Virus record (IMG/VR): IMGVR_UViG_3300007513_001104
Strand: one strand, 5' to 3'
DNA: 64,000 nt
Source of the DNA: a virus
Part shown: positions 27,933 through 37,713 of the stretch, piece after piece
Position numbering within the stretch: position 1 is the stretch's first letter
Layout: each line of letters begins with the position of its first letter
Program-made: the position numbers and the translations under genes
The notes under the pieces: model-generated
Seen by the model: only the letters and a program-made list of their open reading frames with translations
Told to the model about the DNA's origin: nothing
Database searches by the model: none

Positions 27933-28662
27933 TTGTAAATAACTCCGTATAATTTTTATGTCTAATCTTCACTTTCAATAAATGCTGGATTAGATCACTA
28001 CTATTTATATTAGTTTTGAGCTTAGCAAAAGGGATATAACCCAATCTTAACCCTGGATCTTCAAAATCTGGTAAGTCTAACCTATCTTTTAATTTTCTAT
28101 GAATAATTCTAGCTCTTTTCTTAAATCCTATACCATCTATTTCAGGGCCGAGCCAAACATTAAATCCTGTTCTGGCGATAGTTTGTGGATGATATTGTTC
28201 TTTTTTAACACTTACATCACCAGAGAATACTATCTCTGCAAAATGTTTCCCTACATGTGGATAATTTATATACAAGTAACCAGGCTTCCTTGTTACAGTA
28301 AACTCCTCATAATCTGCTGGAAACAATTCCATAAAACTAGGTCCTGATTCATAACCCCACCTAGGTGGATAACCAGCATCTACCAATTCATAATAATGAA
28401 TAAGATGATTAAGCCTTGACATTTCTGGATCGTCTTCATGATCTGCAAAATATTCATGTAATTTATTGAGATCGTCTGTTGGTTCTTGCCCTAACATGTA
28501 GACTATTTTGTCTATTTCACCTTTGATTTCTTCTTTTGTTTCGCCTAAATAAAAGAACTCTTTGGATTCATGCCTATGATCTTCTAAAAATTTCGTATAT
28601 CTTTTGGCCACTACTGTTGGAAGTGGTTCCCATTCAATATCATTTATATTTAAAGTCGTCAT
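27916..28662 (-). CDS. hypothetical protein
   Basis: LNKLHEYF, LN.LIH..E and LYINY.HVGKH motifs; function unknown. Confidence 0.6.
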   Translation of the reverse strand: MTTLNINDIEWEPLPTVVAKRYTKFLEDHRHESKEFFYLGETKEEIKGEIDKIVYMLGQEPTDDLNKLHEYFADHEDDPEMSRLNHLIHYYELVDAGYPPRWGYESGPSFMELFPADYEEFTVTRKPGYLYINYPHVGKHFAEIVFSGDVSVKKEQYHPQTIARTGFNVWLGPEIDGIGFKKRARIIHRKLKDRLDLPDFEDPGLRLGYIPFAKLKTNINSSDLIQHLLKVKIRHKNYTELFTNGRTE

Positions 28663-30019
28663 ATTTGTTCTCCTCTCTTCCCTTTTCAAATACCGGAACT
28701 TCAATGTTTGCATCTGTTAATTGTTGTTGTGCAGACGGGTCTAAATCAAATAATTTCATTTTTGCTCTGTCTACACCTATCATAAATCTTTTATTTCTTG
28801 TGGGGTCTGCATATCTATTTTTTAATTGTTTAATCATAAACTGGCCCATCTGTTCTAATTCTTCTGTACTTATCATAGCAAACATTAAGTCTGCTGTTGC
28901 TGGTAATCCAAAACTTTCTGATGTATCTGTCAAATCTATATCACTACTAGAAAACCCTGATCTTGTTGTCTGTGTTGCACTAAGAATAGGAACATTTTGT
29001 TCTACTGCTAATCCTCTTAATTCTTCTGCAATACTTTTAATAATAACATAAGTATTGGCCTGACTGCCTGGTCTAAATCTTTGACTCGTACATATATTTA
29101 AATAATCTATGAATATGATATCAGGAAAGAAATTTCTCTTTAACTTTAATTCATTTATTAATGCTTTAAAATGTCCTGTATGTGCTGATGCTGTAGGATA
29201 TTCTTTTATAATAAGTCTGCCTTCTATCTTTTTATTAATCTTATCTATCCTGTTATCAAACATCGCCTTGGATAAATCTTTTAACTCCATAATAGGTATA
29301 TTCATTAGATTAGCGTCTATACGTTCAGCTATTCTTTCTTCTGCCATTTCTAGGGTAATATAGAGTACATTTTTACCCTTAGAGATGCAACTAGACGCCA
29401 TATGGCACATAAAAAGGGATTTACCTACACCCGTGCCTGCTAATAATATGTTTAATGTTTTATTAGATAACCCGCCTTCTGTTATTCTATTAAACATATC
29501 TAAATCAAACTCTACTTTCTCTTCTAACCTATGATAATAATCATATCTTTTATTTGCGTCTTCTATAAAGTCATGTCCAATATTTGTATCAAATCCTACT
29601 GCCAGTGCTTCTGATAATATCTCAGGTAACGCATCTCTGCCTTGCTCTTTATTCTTTCCATCAAGTATTTGGATACTATCCATAACACCTAAGTATAATG
29701 CTTTATCCTTACAGAACTTTTCTGTTTCATCTACTAACCATTTCGTATCAGGCTTATCTTCTGTTAAAGAATTAACTAAATCTAAACAAACTTTATGAGT
29801 CTCTTCGTTTAAAGTCTTATCCTCATTTAAGCTAAGAATTACAGCCTGTTTGTTTGGTGGATTATTATACTTTTCTACAAAATCACGAATAATTGTAAAA
29901 ACTTTTTGGTCTTCATTATTCATAAAGTATTGAGCTTTCAGAAAGGGCATAACCTTCCTGACATACTGTTCAGAATGTATTAGGTTTTCTATTATTACTT
30001 GTTCAATTCTGTCCTTCAT
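28640..30019 (-). CDS. gp41: T4-like replicative DNA helicase
   Basis: AGTGVGKS Walker A, ITLEMAEE, IFIDY, SATQ, QLKNRY. Confidence 0.97.
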   Translation of the reverse strand: MKDRIEQVIIENLIHSEQYVRKVMPFLKAQYFMNNEDQKVFTIIRDFVEKYNNPPNKQAVILSLNEDKTLNEETHKVCLDLVNSLTEDKPDTKWLVDETEKFCKDKALYLGVMDSIQILDGKNKEQGRDALPEILSEALAVGFDTNIGHDFIEDANKRYDYYHRLEEKVEFDLDMFNRITEGGLSNKTLNILLAGTGVGKSLFMCHMASSCISKGKNVLYITLEMAEERIAERIDANLMNIPIMELKDLSKAMFDNRIDKINKKIEGRLIIKEYPTASAHTGHFKALINELKLKRNFFPDIIFIDYLNICTSQRFRPGSQANTYVIIKSIAEELRGLAVEQNVPILSATQTTRSGFSSSDIDLTDTSESFGLPATADLMFAMISTEELEQMGQFMIKQLKNRYADPTRNKRFMIGVDRAKMKLFDLDPSAQQQLTDANIEVPVFEKGREENKYDDFKYK

Positions 30020-30173
30020 CCATTTCCTTTACATACTCATTATATACTTCTGCTACACAATTTCCACAGATGTATGTCTCCTCCATATCATCATTATGGA
30101 AACAATATGCTTTGTCTTCTTCTAGATTTAGTGCTTTCTCACACCTATCACACTTTGTCGTATTCTTGCTCAA
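30003..30173 (-). CDS. small zinc-finger protein
   Basis: CDRC...CGNC; probable TTG start. Confidence 0.55.
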   Translation of the reverse strand: MSKNTTKCDRCEKALNLEEDKAYCFHNDDMEETYICGNCVAEVYNEYVKEMDEGQN

Positions 30174-31215
30174 TGTCACTATCTGAAAACTCTTTTTGCA
30201 TGTCTCCAGCTCCCAAACTATATCTATTTTCAACCCATTTGTTGAATCCTTCATCCTCTAACAAAGGTATCCAAAAATCACTACCCATGTCTTTAAGTCT
30301 AACTTTCACTTCAGGAGCGATTTCTCCTGTTTCGGGATTCTGTTTTTGATACCATCCAACAGTAGGTTTAATAACATATCCAGATTCTAATCCCATTTCT
30401 AATAAACCAGACCAAGGACTAATACCCTCTTCCCAGGAAACTTGCACAATTATCTTAGACTTCTCTCTAACAAATCTAGACTTTTCAACATTTATTACAA
30501 ATTCATAACCTGTAACTTCTGTTCCTGTTTTTTGTTGCCTTCTGCCTATAATATAAATGTTGTCTGCTGAATAATATATACCTGTTCCACCACTTACAAC
30601 GTCTTTAGGAAACAATCCTATTTCTTTATATGTGTGATTAACCACAATCGCTGGTATATCTTTTATAGTTAAATGAGGTGTAATCATTCTAAACAGTGAC
30701 TTCATTTGTTTAGCTCTTGTCATATCTGCTACTGATTTACCCTCTAAAGCATCTTCTACTTCTTTTTTACTTGCCAAGTTACCCACACTATCAACAATAA
30801 TCATTACATGGTCGTCTCTTTCTAAACCATTCAACTGTTGCATAGCATCGTGTTTTAATTGTTCTATGTCTGATATTGGACTGTGGATTACCCTATTGGT
30901 GTCTATTTTAAATGTATCAAAATATGCCTGTGGTGCTCCAAACTCACTATCATAAAACAAAATAACACCATCTTTATATTTGTCTAAATATGCTTTAGCC
31001 AACAACATAGCAAATGCTGTTTTAAAATGTTTACTTGGTCCTGCAAATACAGTTAATCCTGTTGTAAGACCTCCGTCTAATTTTCCACTCAACGCAACAT
31101 TAACTGCAGGTACAGATGTCTGTATTATATCCTGTTCGTTAAAAAATTTGGAATCAGTTAAGACTTCAGATTGTTTAATCGTCGTGTTTTTCTTTAATTT
31201 ATCTATTAGGTTCAT
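30148..31215 (-). CDS. uvsX: RecA-like recombinase
   Basis: AGPSKHFKT, FYDSEFG, DSVGNLASKKE, VNHTY, SGGTG. Confidence 0.97.
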   Translation of the reverse strand: MNLIDKLKKNTTIKQSEVLTDSKFFNEQDIIQTSVPAVNVALSGKLDGGLTTGLTVFAGPSKHFKTAFAMLLAKAYLDKYKDGVILFYDSEFGAPQAYFDTFKIDTNRVIHSPISDIEQLKHDAMQQLNGLERDDHVMIIVDSVGNLASKKEVEDALEGKSVADMTRAKQMKSLFRMITPHLTIKDIPAIVVNHTYKEIGLFPKDVVSGGTGIYYSADNIYIIGRRQQKTGTEVTGYEFVINVEKSRFVREKSKIIVQVSWEEGISPWSGLLEMGLESGYVIKPTVGWYQKQNPETGEIAPEVKVRLKDMGSDFWIPLLEDEGFNKWVENRYSLGAGDMQKEFSDSDIEQEYDKV

Positions 31216-32005
31216 TACCTCTCCTTATTCTGTTTGCATCTACCGCAACTTTTAAAATATTATCACTATTATAGCACAGCGACGAAGTGTGAGTCAAGTC
31301 TTTAGGTAAACAAGTACCACCAAATCCTACCTTTCCGTCTGGTCCTGGTACTGCCCAATGTGTTTTACCCAAATTAGGATCATTACTAAAAAAGTCTGAA
31401 ATCACATCGTAATCCATATCCCAAGCATCACATATATTTTTAAATTCATTTGCTAAACCTACTTTAACAGCAAGTGCTGCATTTCTTGCTATTTTTATCA
31501 TTGCTGCTTCTTCTGGTTTAATATGACACCATATATTTTTGTGGCATTCAATAGTTTCTATAAAATGATCCATTTGATACCCACCTACTACCAATGGTAA
31601 CTCTGGGTTATCAATATCTTCTTTCCAATGCCTTTCTCTTAAAAACTCTGGCCATATAATTGCTCCATAACTTTTAGTGTATTGAGCTGTTTGATCAGGA
31701 CCAATTGTGCTCCTTATAACTATTCTATTTACTTTTTTATAGACGTTCTTACATACTTCATCTATTATAGAAGTATCTAATTTACTAGGCCAAACTGCTG
31801 ATCCTGTTTTTTCTTTTTCAGGATCAACCAACAGATTTGTAGGAACACATATAATAGCATAATCTATGCCCCACCAATCTTCTATTCTTTTATCTAGAGC
31901 AGGATCATGAATTAATACACCAGGACTTCCTTTAACATGATTCTTAAAGAAATACTCTGTAGCTTTACCTACAAAACCATAACCTACTATCGCTATTTTA
32001 GCCAT
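31199..32005 (-). CDS. UDP-glucose/GDP-mannose dehydrogenase family protein (no C-terminal domain)
   Basis: GYGFVG, ICVPT, RSTI.P, PEFLRE, GFGGTCLPKD. Confidence 0.85.
   Translation of the reverse strand: MAKIAIVGYGFVGKATEYFFKNHVKGSPGVLIHDPALDKRIEDWWGIDYAIICVPTNLLVDPEKEKTGSAVWPSKLDTSIIDEVCKNVYKKVNRIVIRSTIGPDQTAQYTKSYGAIIWPEFLRERHWKEDIDNPELPLVVGGYQMDHFIETIECHKNIWCHIKPEEAAMIKIARNAALAVKVGLANEFKNICDAWDMDYDVISDFFSNDPNLGKTHWAVPGPDGKVGFGGTCLPKDLTHTSSLCYNSDNILKVAVDANRIRRGNEPNR
31268..31297 (-). promoter_or_regulatory. intragenic sigma70 promoter for uvsX
   Basis: TTGACT-18 bp-TATAAT with extended TG. Confidence 0.6.
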
Positions 32006-32183
32006 TCTTAATTCTTCGTTCAAGTATTTCAATTTGACTATCCTTTTTCTTTTGCCAGGCGGTCTCATTTCTATCTTTACCGTTACTCATCTTTTTAGCT
32101 GTAAATTTGGAAGCTTTTAATCTTTCTAAAGCTCCTTCTCTTCTTTCCTTACGGCCAAACTTTCTATCTTTTCCGTGTCTCAT
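31998..32183 (-). CDS. small basic hypothetical protein
   Basis: Probable start MRHGKDR; GGAG RBS. Confidence 0.55.
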   Translation of the reverse strand: MRHGKDRKFGRKERREGALERLKASKFTAKKMSNGKDRNETAWQKKKDSQIEILERRIKNG

Positions 32184-32283
32184 CTTCTCTCCAAAAATCA
32201 TTTTCAAAAGCAACTTGAATACCAACATATATCGCCGTATTGACAAGTATTAATACTAAAAACATAACCCAACCTGAAATCAT
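32164..32283 (-). CDS. 39-aa single-TM peptide (not in ORF track)
   Basis: MISGWVMFLVLILVNTAIYVGIQVAFENDFWREDETRKR; ATGA-coupled. Confidence 0.5.
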   Translation of the reverse strand: MISGWVMFLVLILVNTAIYVGIQVAFENDFWREDETRKR

Positions 32284-32936
32284 TTAATAAAAACTCCTAA
32301 CCAAAAATCTTTTTTATCTGACATATCAACTCCACCTGCATAAGTTTGTACAATCCAATCATCCATATTTTCTGTTCCTCCGTATCCGCCTATTGGTACC
32401 ATCTCAGAAAACTCTTCTCGTTTCTTTGAATACTCATAAAATTTATCTAATTTCATAGGTGTAGTTTCTATTGCTTTAATAACATCTGCTCCCTTAGGAC
32501 CACAATTAACCTGAAGAGGATATTCTATGCCTATATCAGAGTGAGCATTACCTGACATAGCCCAATCTATTTCTAATGATGTACCACTTGTTTCTTTTCT
32601 TAAACTTTCCACAATTAATACCTTTGGTTTAGATATATTGATAATCTGTTCCAACAAATGAAATGGACTATGCAAATGATATAATAATCCCATACACAGA
32701 ACAACATCAAATTCATGGCCGAGCCATTGTTTATAATAATCATTAGCTGTGCCATAAAAATCTGGTGTAATATCTCCACTTGGATCATATCTTATATGTG
32801 GGTCTACTGTAAATAAACTGTCTGCATATTCATTAACAAGTTCTGAGTGAACACCAGTAGAAGCGCCAAATTCAATAACACTTTTATTTGATGCATACTT
32901 TTCAAATACCTCTCTCAGAAAAGTAGAATACTTCAT
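32280..32936 (-). CDS. class I SAM-dependent methyltransferase
   Basis: VIEFGASTG motif I; FDVVLCMGLLYHL. Confidence 0.85.
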   Translation of the reverse strand: MKYSTFLREVFEKYASNKSVIEFGASTGVHSELVNEYADSLFTVDPHIRYDPSGDITPDFYGTANDYYKQWLGHEFDVVLCMGLLYHLHSPFHLLEQIINISKPKVLIVESLRKETSGTSLEIDWAMSGNAHSDIGIEYPLQVNCGPKGADVIKAIETTPMKLDKFYEYSKKREEFSEMVPIGGYGGTENMDDWIVQTYAGGVDMSDKKDFWLGVFIK

Positions 32937-33010
32937 ACTATATAATTCCACACAAGGATTGCAATAAACGCTCCAAACAGTATATTATAAATTATAATAT
33001 CTAAATTCAT
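32933..33010 (-). CDS. 25-aa single-TM peptide (not in ORF track)
   Basis: MNLDIIIYNILFGAFIAILVWNYIV; ATGA overlaps at both ends (gp43 stop and methyltransferase start). Confidence 0.5.
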   Translation of the reverse strand: MNLDIIIYNILFGAFIAILVWNYIV

Positions 33011-35502
33011 CCAAATAACTCCTCTAATGATGCTTGTGGCTCTGTATGCCAACCCAATGGATTTAAAATATGCTCCAAGGGATCAACAAATGCCTTTTGA
33101 AAAATTAAATCATAATCAATATATTTTTCTAAACCAAATTCTGTAGGGAGTTTTGTAACAAATGCTATCGTATTTTCCTTTAAAGGATTAGGTTCTTTTA
33201 AATACAAAAACTTAATTTTATCTCCCTCTTGGATTTTTTCATATTTTAATCCTAAATCAAGTTTACCTAAATAATGATTATATAATAATCCACCCCTAAC
33301 ATGAATAGGAGTACCTTTACCATATATGTCTGCTGTACTTCTATATTTACTCATATTATTACAACCCCTAGGGAACGCAATTAGTTCTGCTGACTTAGTG
33401 AGAAAGTCCTTTTTGGCGTCTGCTACGTAGGTTTGTAAAGTATCTTGATCGCTAGTAAGTATTAAACGTACGGCCTCCCTTAGAGACTCTCTAATTACGC
33501 CAGGAGTGCTTGATCTCACTATCTCTAAACCCATTACCTTTAATTTAGGGGCTTGTAACCGCAATCCTTCATCGTCATATACATTCAAAGCATAACGTTT
33601 CTTAGCTACAAATATGCCTTTGTCTGCTATTATCTCCCTTTTAAAATCTATTTTCTTTTCAAAAGCATTAGTATAATTAGCTAACCTTTGCATTGCCTGA
33701 TCTATTGCTGGTTCTATTTTCTCTGATGCCACCTTGTCTATTAAACTAATAACTTTTTGTCTAGACTTATCAGGGAAAAAGTTTTGAACCATATTGTCTA
33801 ATGTAACATAACAAGAATCAGTATCACTATAAAAAGAATAAGTTTTATCTTCTGTGCCACAGACTTTATTAACATACTTATCAATTTCCTTTGCTGTATC
33901 TCTAATTACTAATTGTCCTGTCATTGTAATACCTTCTGCAATTCTATCATCATAGAATCTAAAGTATTGGTTTGCCAGGGCACCATATAAACTATTTAAT
34001 TGGATCTTTCTTGCCATTTGGAAGTTATTATATTTACTAACTTCATTCTCATAAACTTTAGCTCCTGTTTCTTGGAACTTCCTCTGAGAATCTTGCATAA
34101 GTCTTTTATATCTTAATCTATCATTAAAAAACTTCTGTACTATCTCAGGAAACAGGCCTTGCTTTTCTCTTGTGTAACAAGATCCATTAGCTGCCATAGC
34201 GTAATTCTTTTCTTTTAATTTGTCTAACTTATACCTATCTAACAAATCATCTACTTTTACTTCATATTGAAAACCAGGAACAATAGTTTCTGGACTCATA
34301 TTGTATTGCATAAGTATAGAAGGATATAGACTTGTGGCATCAAAACTAGCCACCCAATCATAGCCACCTGGTACAGGCTCTTGTACATAAGCCCCTTCGA
34401 TTGTTCTCTCTTTCCTACCACCACCCTGATGTAAGACAATTTTCTTCTCCCACAAATGATTATATAATAAACTATCCCAAGTTCTAACTGCAGAATATAC
34501 ATCGTTATAATTACATTTAGCATCGTATGCCATTGTAACTGCCAGTTCAATAAGTTTCATCTTATCTTCTAACTCATCAACAAGAACTGTATCAATAATA
34601 TTATACTCTACAAATCTATTCCAATCTTTTTCATAAAACTCTTTAAATGTCTCATAACCGCTTTCAAGTTTGTTTTTACCTAACTCTGTTTCAGCAATAA
34701 AATCTAATCTATAAGATTCCCTAGTAACATAAGTAAATTTTCTATACAAATCTAAATAGTCTAAATTTGCAACACCTGTTATTTCATATGCTGTCACTTC
34801 TTTTTGCATAAACCTAACTTTTCTTTTATTAACCAAGCCAAATGGAGAAAATCTTTTATGTTCTCCTTCTCCTAATATTCTCTCTGTTCTGGATAGTAAA
34901 TATGGTATATCAAATAAATTACTATTCCAACCTGTAATAATATCTGGACAGTTTTCTTCCCACCACTCTAAAAAGGTTTTAAGAAGATTATATTCGTCTG
35001 TACAATTAATATAATCTATATCATAATCTGCTACTTCTGCTGATGGTGTAAACTCCCCAAGTCCGAAAGTTGTTATCTTCTTGGTGTTGTTGTTTTGAAG
35101 TGTGATAACTAAAACTTTCTCGCTTGGAGAGTCTACGTTAGGAAATCCACCCTCTGATGTTGTTTCAATATCAATAGAGTAGATAGCCATTTTTTTAGCA
35201 TCCCATTCGATATCTCCAGGATACTTTTCTGTTATGTATTGATAGGCATAATAGTTCTGTCCAAATATTGGAAAATTAGAAACGTCTTTATACCTATTAA
35301 AAAATTCTGTTGCTTCTTTATTAGAATCAAATTGTATAGGAGATACGGTCTCTCCATAAATGCTTTTGTATTCTGAGGGTTTGTCTGATTTGACAAATAG
35401 GGTGGGTCTAAAATTATGTCGTGATGTAAAACGTTCGCCGTTCTTTACTCCGCGAACTAGAATTTTGTCACCATAGTGACGTGCATAAGTATAAAAATTC
35501 AT
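33007..35502 (-). CDS. gp43: family B DNA polymerase
   Basis: DIET exonuclease, FDATSLYPS, KIQLNSLYG, YSDTDS, KKRY. No intein or intron evident. Confidence 0.98.
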   Translation of the reverse strand: MNFYTYARHYGDKILVRGVKNGERFTSRHNFRPTLFVKSDKPSEYKSIYGETVSPIQFDSNKEATEFFNRYKDVSNFPIFGQNYYAYQYITEKYPGDIEWDAKKMAIYSIDIETTSEGGFPNVDSPSEKVLVITLQNNNTKKITTFGLGEFTPSAEVADYDIDYINCTDEYNLLKTFLEWWEENCPDIITGWNSNLFDIPYLLSRTERILGEGEHKRFSPFGLVNKRKVRFMQKEVTAYEITGVANLDYLDLYRKFTYVTRESYRLDFIAETELGKNKLESGYETFKEFYEKDWNRFVEYNIIDTVLVDELEDKMKLIELAVTMAYDAKCNYNDVYSAVRTWDSLLYNHLWEKKIVLHQGGGRKERTIEGAYVQEPVPGGYDWVASFDATSLYPSILMQYNMSPETIVPGFQYEVKVDDLLDRYKLDKLKEKNYAMAANGSCYTREKQGLFPEIVQKFFNDRLRYKRLMQDSQRKFQETGAKVYENEVSKYNNFQMARKIQLNSLYGALANQYFRFYDDRIAEGITMTGQLVIRDTAKEIDKYVNKVCGTEDKTYSFYSDTDSCYVTLDNMVQNFFPDKSRQKVISLIDKVASEKIEPAIDQAMQRLANYTNAFEKKIDFKREIIADKGIFVAKKRYALNVYDDEGLRLQAPKLKVMGLEIVRSSTPGVIRESLREAVRLILTSDQDTLQTYVADAKKDFLTKSAELIAFPRGCNNMSKYRSTADIYGKGTPIHVRGGLLYNHYLGKLDLGLKYEKIQEGDKIKFLYLKEPNPLKENTIAFVTKLPTEFGLEKYIDYDLIFQKAFVDPLEHILNPLGWHTEPQASLEELFG

Positions 35503-35531
35503 TATATATCCAACACCATAATATACTACAC

Positions 35532-35560
35532 ATTATAGACTCTTACGAACCTATAATCAA
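35532..35560 (-). promoter_or_regulatory. sigma70-type promoter for gp43
   Basis: TTGATT-ataggttcgtaagagtc-TATAAT. Confidence 0.75.
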
Positions 35561-36013
35561 CTAATCTTCTTTAAAAAAGGTACGATTAATTAAATGTTCT
35601 TCTGCTATTTCTTGTTTTGAACGTCCATGATATTTGACTGCATGATGTGTCTCAATCATATACTCATTTACGTTATGCCTATATTTAATAGGTTCAACCG
35701 GCGCACCATTAGCATCTGTTCCGCCTTCTGTTTCTTTTATAGTAATAAACTCACCGAGGATTCTTCCATATTTACCTTTTCCATCAAGCCTCGTTTTGAG
35801 TATAGCTCCATTCTTGAGTTGGTCTTTAAGGAATTCTTTAGCCATGAGTCCGAACTTTTTCTCGTCGAGGTCACGGGTCCTACTCTCGGGAGTATCAATC
35901 CCATACAAACGTACTCTCTGCTTTTTGAGCCAGACACCGAAACCGAGGTCGATATCAACATCTACTGTATCTCCGTCTACTACTCTTACAATTTTACTTC
36001 TATATTCGTACAC
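35561..36013 (-). CDS. SNase/thermonuclease-like nuclease
   Basis: RVVDGDTVD, RVRLYGIDTPESRT, GKYGRILG. Confidence 0.85.
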   Translation of the reverse strand: MYEYRSKIVRVVDGDTVDVDIDLGFGVWLKKQRVRLYGIDTPESRTRDLDEKKFGLMAKEFLKDQLKNGAILKTRLDGKGKYGRILGEFITIKETEGGTDANGAPVEPIKYRHNVNEYMIETHHAVKYHGRSKQEIAEEHLINRTFFKED

Positions 36014-36352
36014 TTAATTCTTAGTTATTTCGTTTAGTACCTTTTTATTTATAAAGTCTGGTTGTATAAGACCAGATCCAAACTTAGAATTATAAGCATT
36101 TAATAAATTTTTATCAGGATCGTAAACTGAAATTATATGATTAGGAAATATAGGAACTTTGTGCTGTTTTGCAAAGGGAGCGTAAGGAGCTAGGCCTACA
36201 CCAAACTCATCTTCACTACCTGGTTTAGGCATCATTAGGATAACTGCTGGTTTCTCTACAAGTAAAAATGCTTTACCATCTATTTCTGTATCTGAAACCT
36301 GCCCTATAATGTCCTCACCTGAGGTTAGTTTAATAATCTGAACGTTTGCCAT
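36014..36352 (-). CDS. Sm-like conserved T4-like hypothetical protein
   Basis: IIKLTSGEDII...GLAPY...YNSKFGSGL. Confidence 0.65.
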   Translation of the reverse strand: MANVQIIKLTSGEDIIGQVSDTEIDGKAFLLVEKPAVILMMPKPGSEDEFGVGLAPYAPFAKQHKVPIFPNHIISVYDPDKNLLNAYNSKFGSGLIQPDFINKKVLNEITKN

Positions 36353-36367
36353 GCTCCTTCTCCTGCA

Positions 36368-36826
36368 TTATTTAGTTTTTATTTCAATTGATTTAGGCTT
36401 TTTGGCCTCTGGTATTTCATTTACCAAAGATACTGTCAAAACCCCGTCTTTTAACTTGGCACCTTTTACTACTACGGTGTCAGCCAAAGACCAGGAGCGC
36501 GTGAATTTACGTTCAGCTATTCCTTTGTGTATAAAGTTGTCAGGTGTGCCGTCTATGCAGCCCTGAAGTTGATCTCCCTTAATAGTAAGTGTTCCATCCT
36601 CTACTGTAACATCTAGATCTTCTTCTTTGAAACCAGCAAGTGCTAGTTGTATTTCAAATTTCTCGTCATCTATTTTTTGAATGTTAAAAGGTGGAAAGTT
36701 ATTATTTACCGGCTCAAAGTCCTTTTGAAGTAAATCAAAGACTCTGTTGAATCCGATAAATTGTCTTTCTATTTGTGGGAAGGTGTGGACGAAATTGTCC
36801 CAATTCGCTGTGGTTAGTTTTACCAT
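36368..36826 (-). CDS. hsp20: small heat shock protein
   Basis: FPPFNI, LALAGF, HKGIAERKF.R, A.LKDGVL. Confidence 0.95.
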   Translation of the reverse strand: MVKLTTANWDNFVHTFPQIERQFIGFNRVFDLLQKDFEPVNNNFPPFNIQKIDDEKFEIQLALAGFKEEDLDVTVEDGTLTIKGDQLQGCIDGTPDNFIHKGIAERKFTRSWSLADTVVVKGAKLKDGVLTVSLVNEIPEAKKPKSIEIKTK

Positions 36827-36850
36827 TGTTTTCTCCTTATTAAGCGAGTT

Positions 36851-36878
36851 AAAAAATGGACACCCTTTCGGCGTGTCC
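36851..36878 (-). terminator. intrinsic-terminator-like hairpin upstream of the hsp20 RBS
   Basis: GGACACGCC-GAAA-GGGTGTCC-ATTTTTT. Confidence 0.6.
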
Positions 36879-37032
36879 TCTTAGGATGATCAGGGGGTGC
36901 AGTTTCAAAGTCTTTAGCGTTAAAACTAATTCATCTTCAGTTTTCCCCCCATCACAAACTGCTGGTCTCATTTCAATCCATCCAGTAGCGCCTGTTTAAC
37001 CAAGCATTCCTGCGTTGTTTTTCGACTTCGCA
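36851..37032 (-). ncRNA. candidate structured RNA / hsp20 leader
   Basis: Late promoter, several complementary helices, terminal GAAA-tetraloop hairpin plus U tract; no long ORF. Confidence 0.45.
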
Positions 37033-37035
37033 TTT

Positions 37036-37713
37036 TTATTTATACGCAGAAGAATTTCTAGACACCATTTTATCCCTAATTTGGTCCTCTATGGGTAAAT
37101 TTCTGAACCATAAGTTCATTGCGTACTTCTCTCCTGCTAATACCGGTTGTGCTTGATGCATTGTTTTAGGATCAGGAACCTGTGTTCCTATGACTGTATT
37201 GCTAAATACCACACATCTACCTGCTTTGGGTTTGACCCCCTTACCTAACTCTGTAAATACTGTGGCACCACCATCTGTCACATCATTACAATATAAAAGA
37301 ACCGTTGCTACTCTATTTCCTTTTGTTCCATGTGGTCCTGTGTGGGCTCGTTCTGTATTTATAGGAAAAGCATCTAAGTGGGCATCATATTCCTCTCCTA
37401 ATTCGTAATGTAATGCTTGCACATTTTCTGCTTGTGTGTGATGTAATTGTGTTAATTGAGATGCTCTCAATAAAAAGTGAACGGCTGTTACGCTTTTCCT
37501 ATAATCCAACCAGCCCATTTGATTTGTTCTTGCATAATGTTCGTAATCATCACCTTCCTTTCCTTGTGTGACTCTGCCACGAGTCCATTCAACATTATCT
37601 TCCATATCTTTTATCAGTTGCTTACATTCAGGCTTACTCATAAAATTATCCCAAACCATAATCGTTGGGTTGAATAAACTAATTACCTGTTTTAATTCTG
37701 CCATAAAATCCAC
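37036..37713 (-). CDS. prolyl-4-hydroxylase-like 2OG-Fe(II) oxygenase
   Basis: YDAHLD, RVATVLLY.NDV..GG.T.F, MHQAQPV..GEKY..NLW. Confidence 0.9.
   Translation of the reverse strand: MDFMAELKQVISLFNPTIMVWDNFMSKPECKQLIKDMEDNVEWTRGRVTQGKEGDDYEHYARTNQMGWLDYRKSVTAVHFLLRASQLTQLHHTQAENVQALHYELGEEYDAHLDAFPINTERAHTGPHGTKGNRVATVLLYCNDVTDGGATVFTELGKGVKPKAGRCVVFSNTVIGTQVPDPKTMHQAQPVLAGEKYAMNLWFRNLPIEDQIRDKMVSRNSSAYK
37037..37044 (-). promoter_or_regulatory. T4 late promoter TATAAATA
   Basis: Exact consensus. Confidence 0.7.

Noticed and set aside
36898-36964. Hammerhead ribozyme (CTGAAGA...GAAA with GCAGT/CTGC as stem III)
   Set aside because: The core words are present, but stem I cannot form and stem II does not abut the core, so the geometry is wrong.
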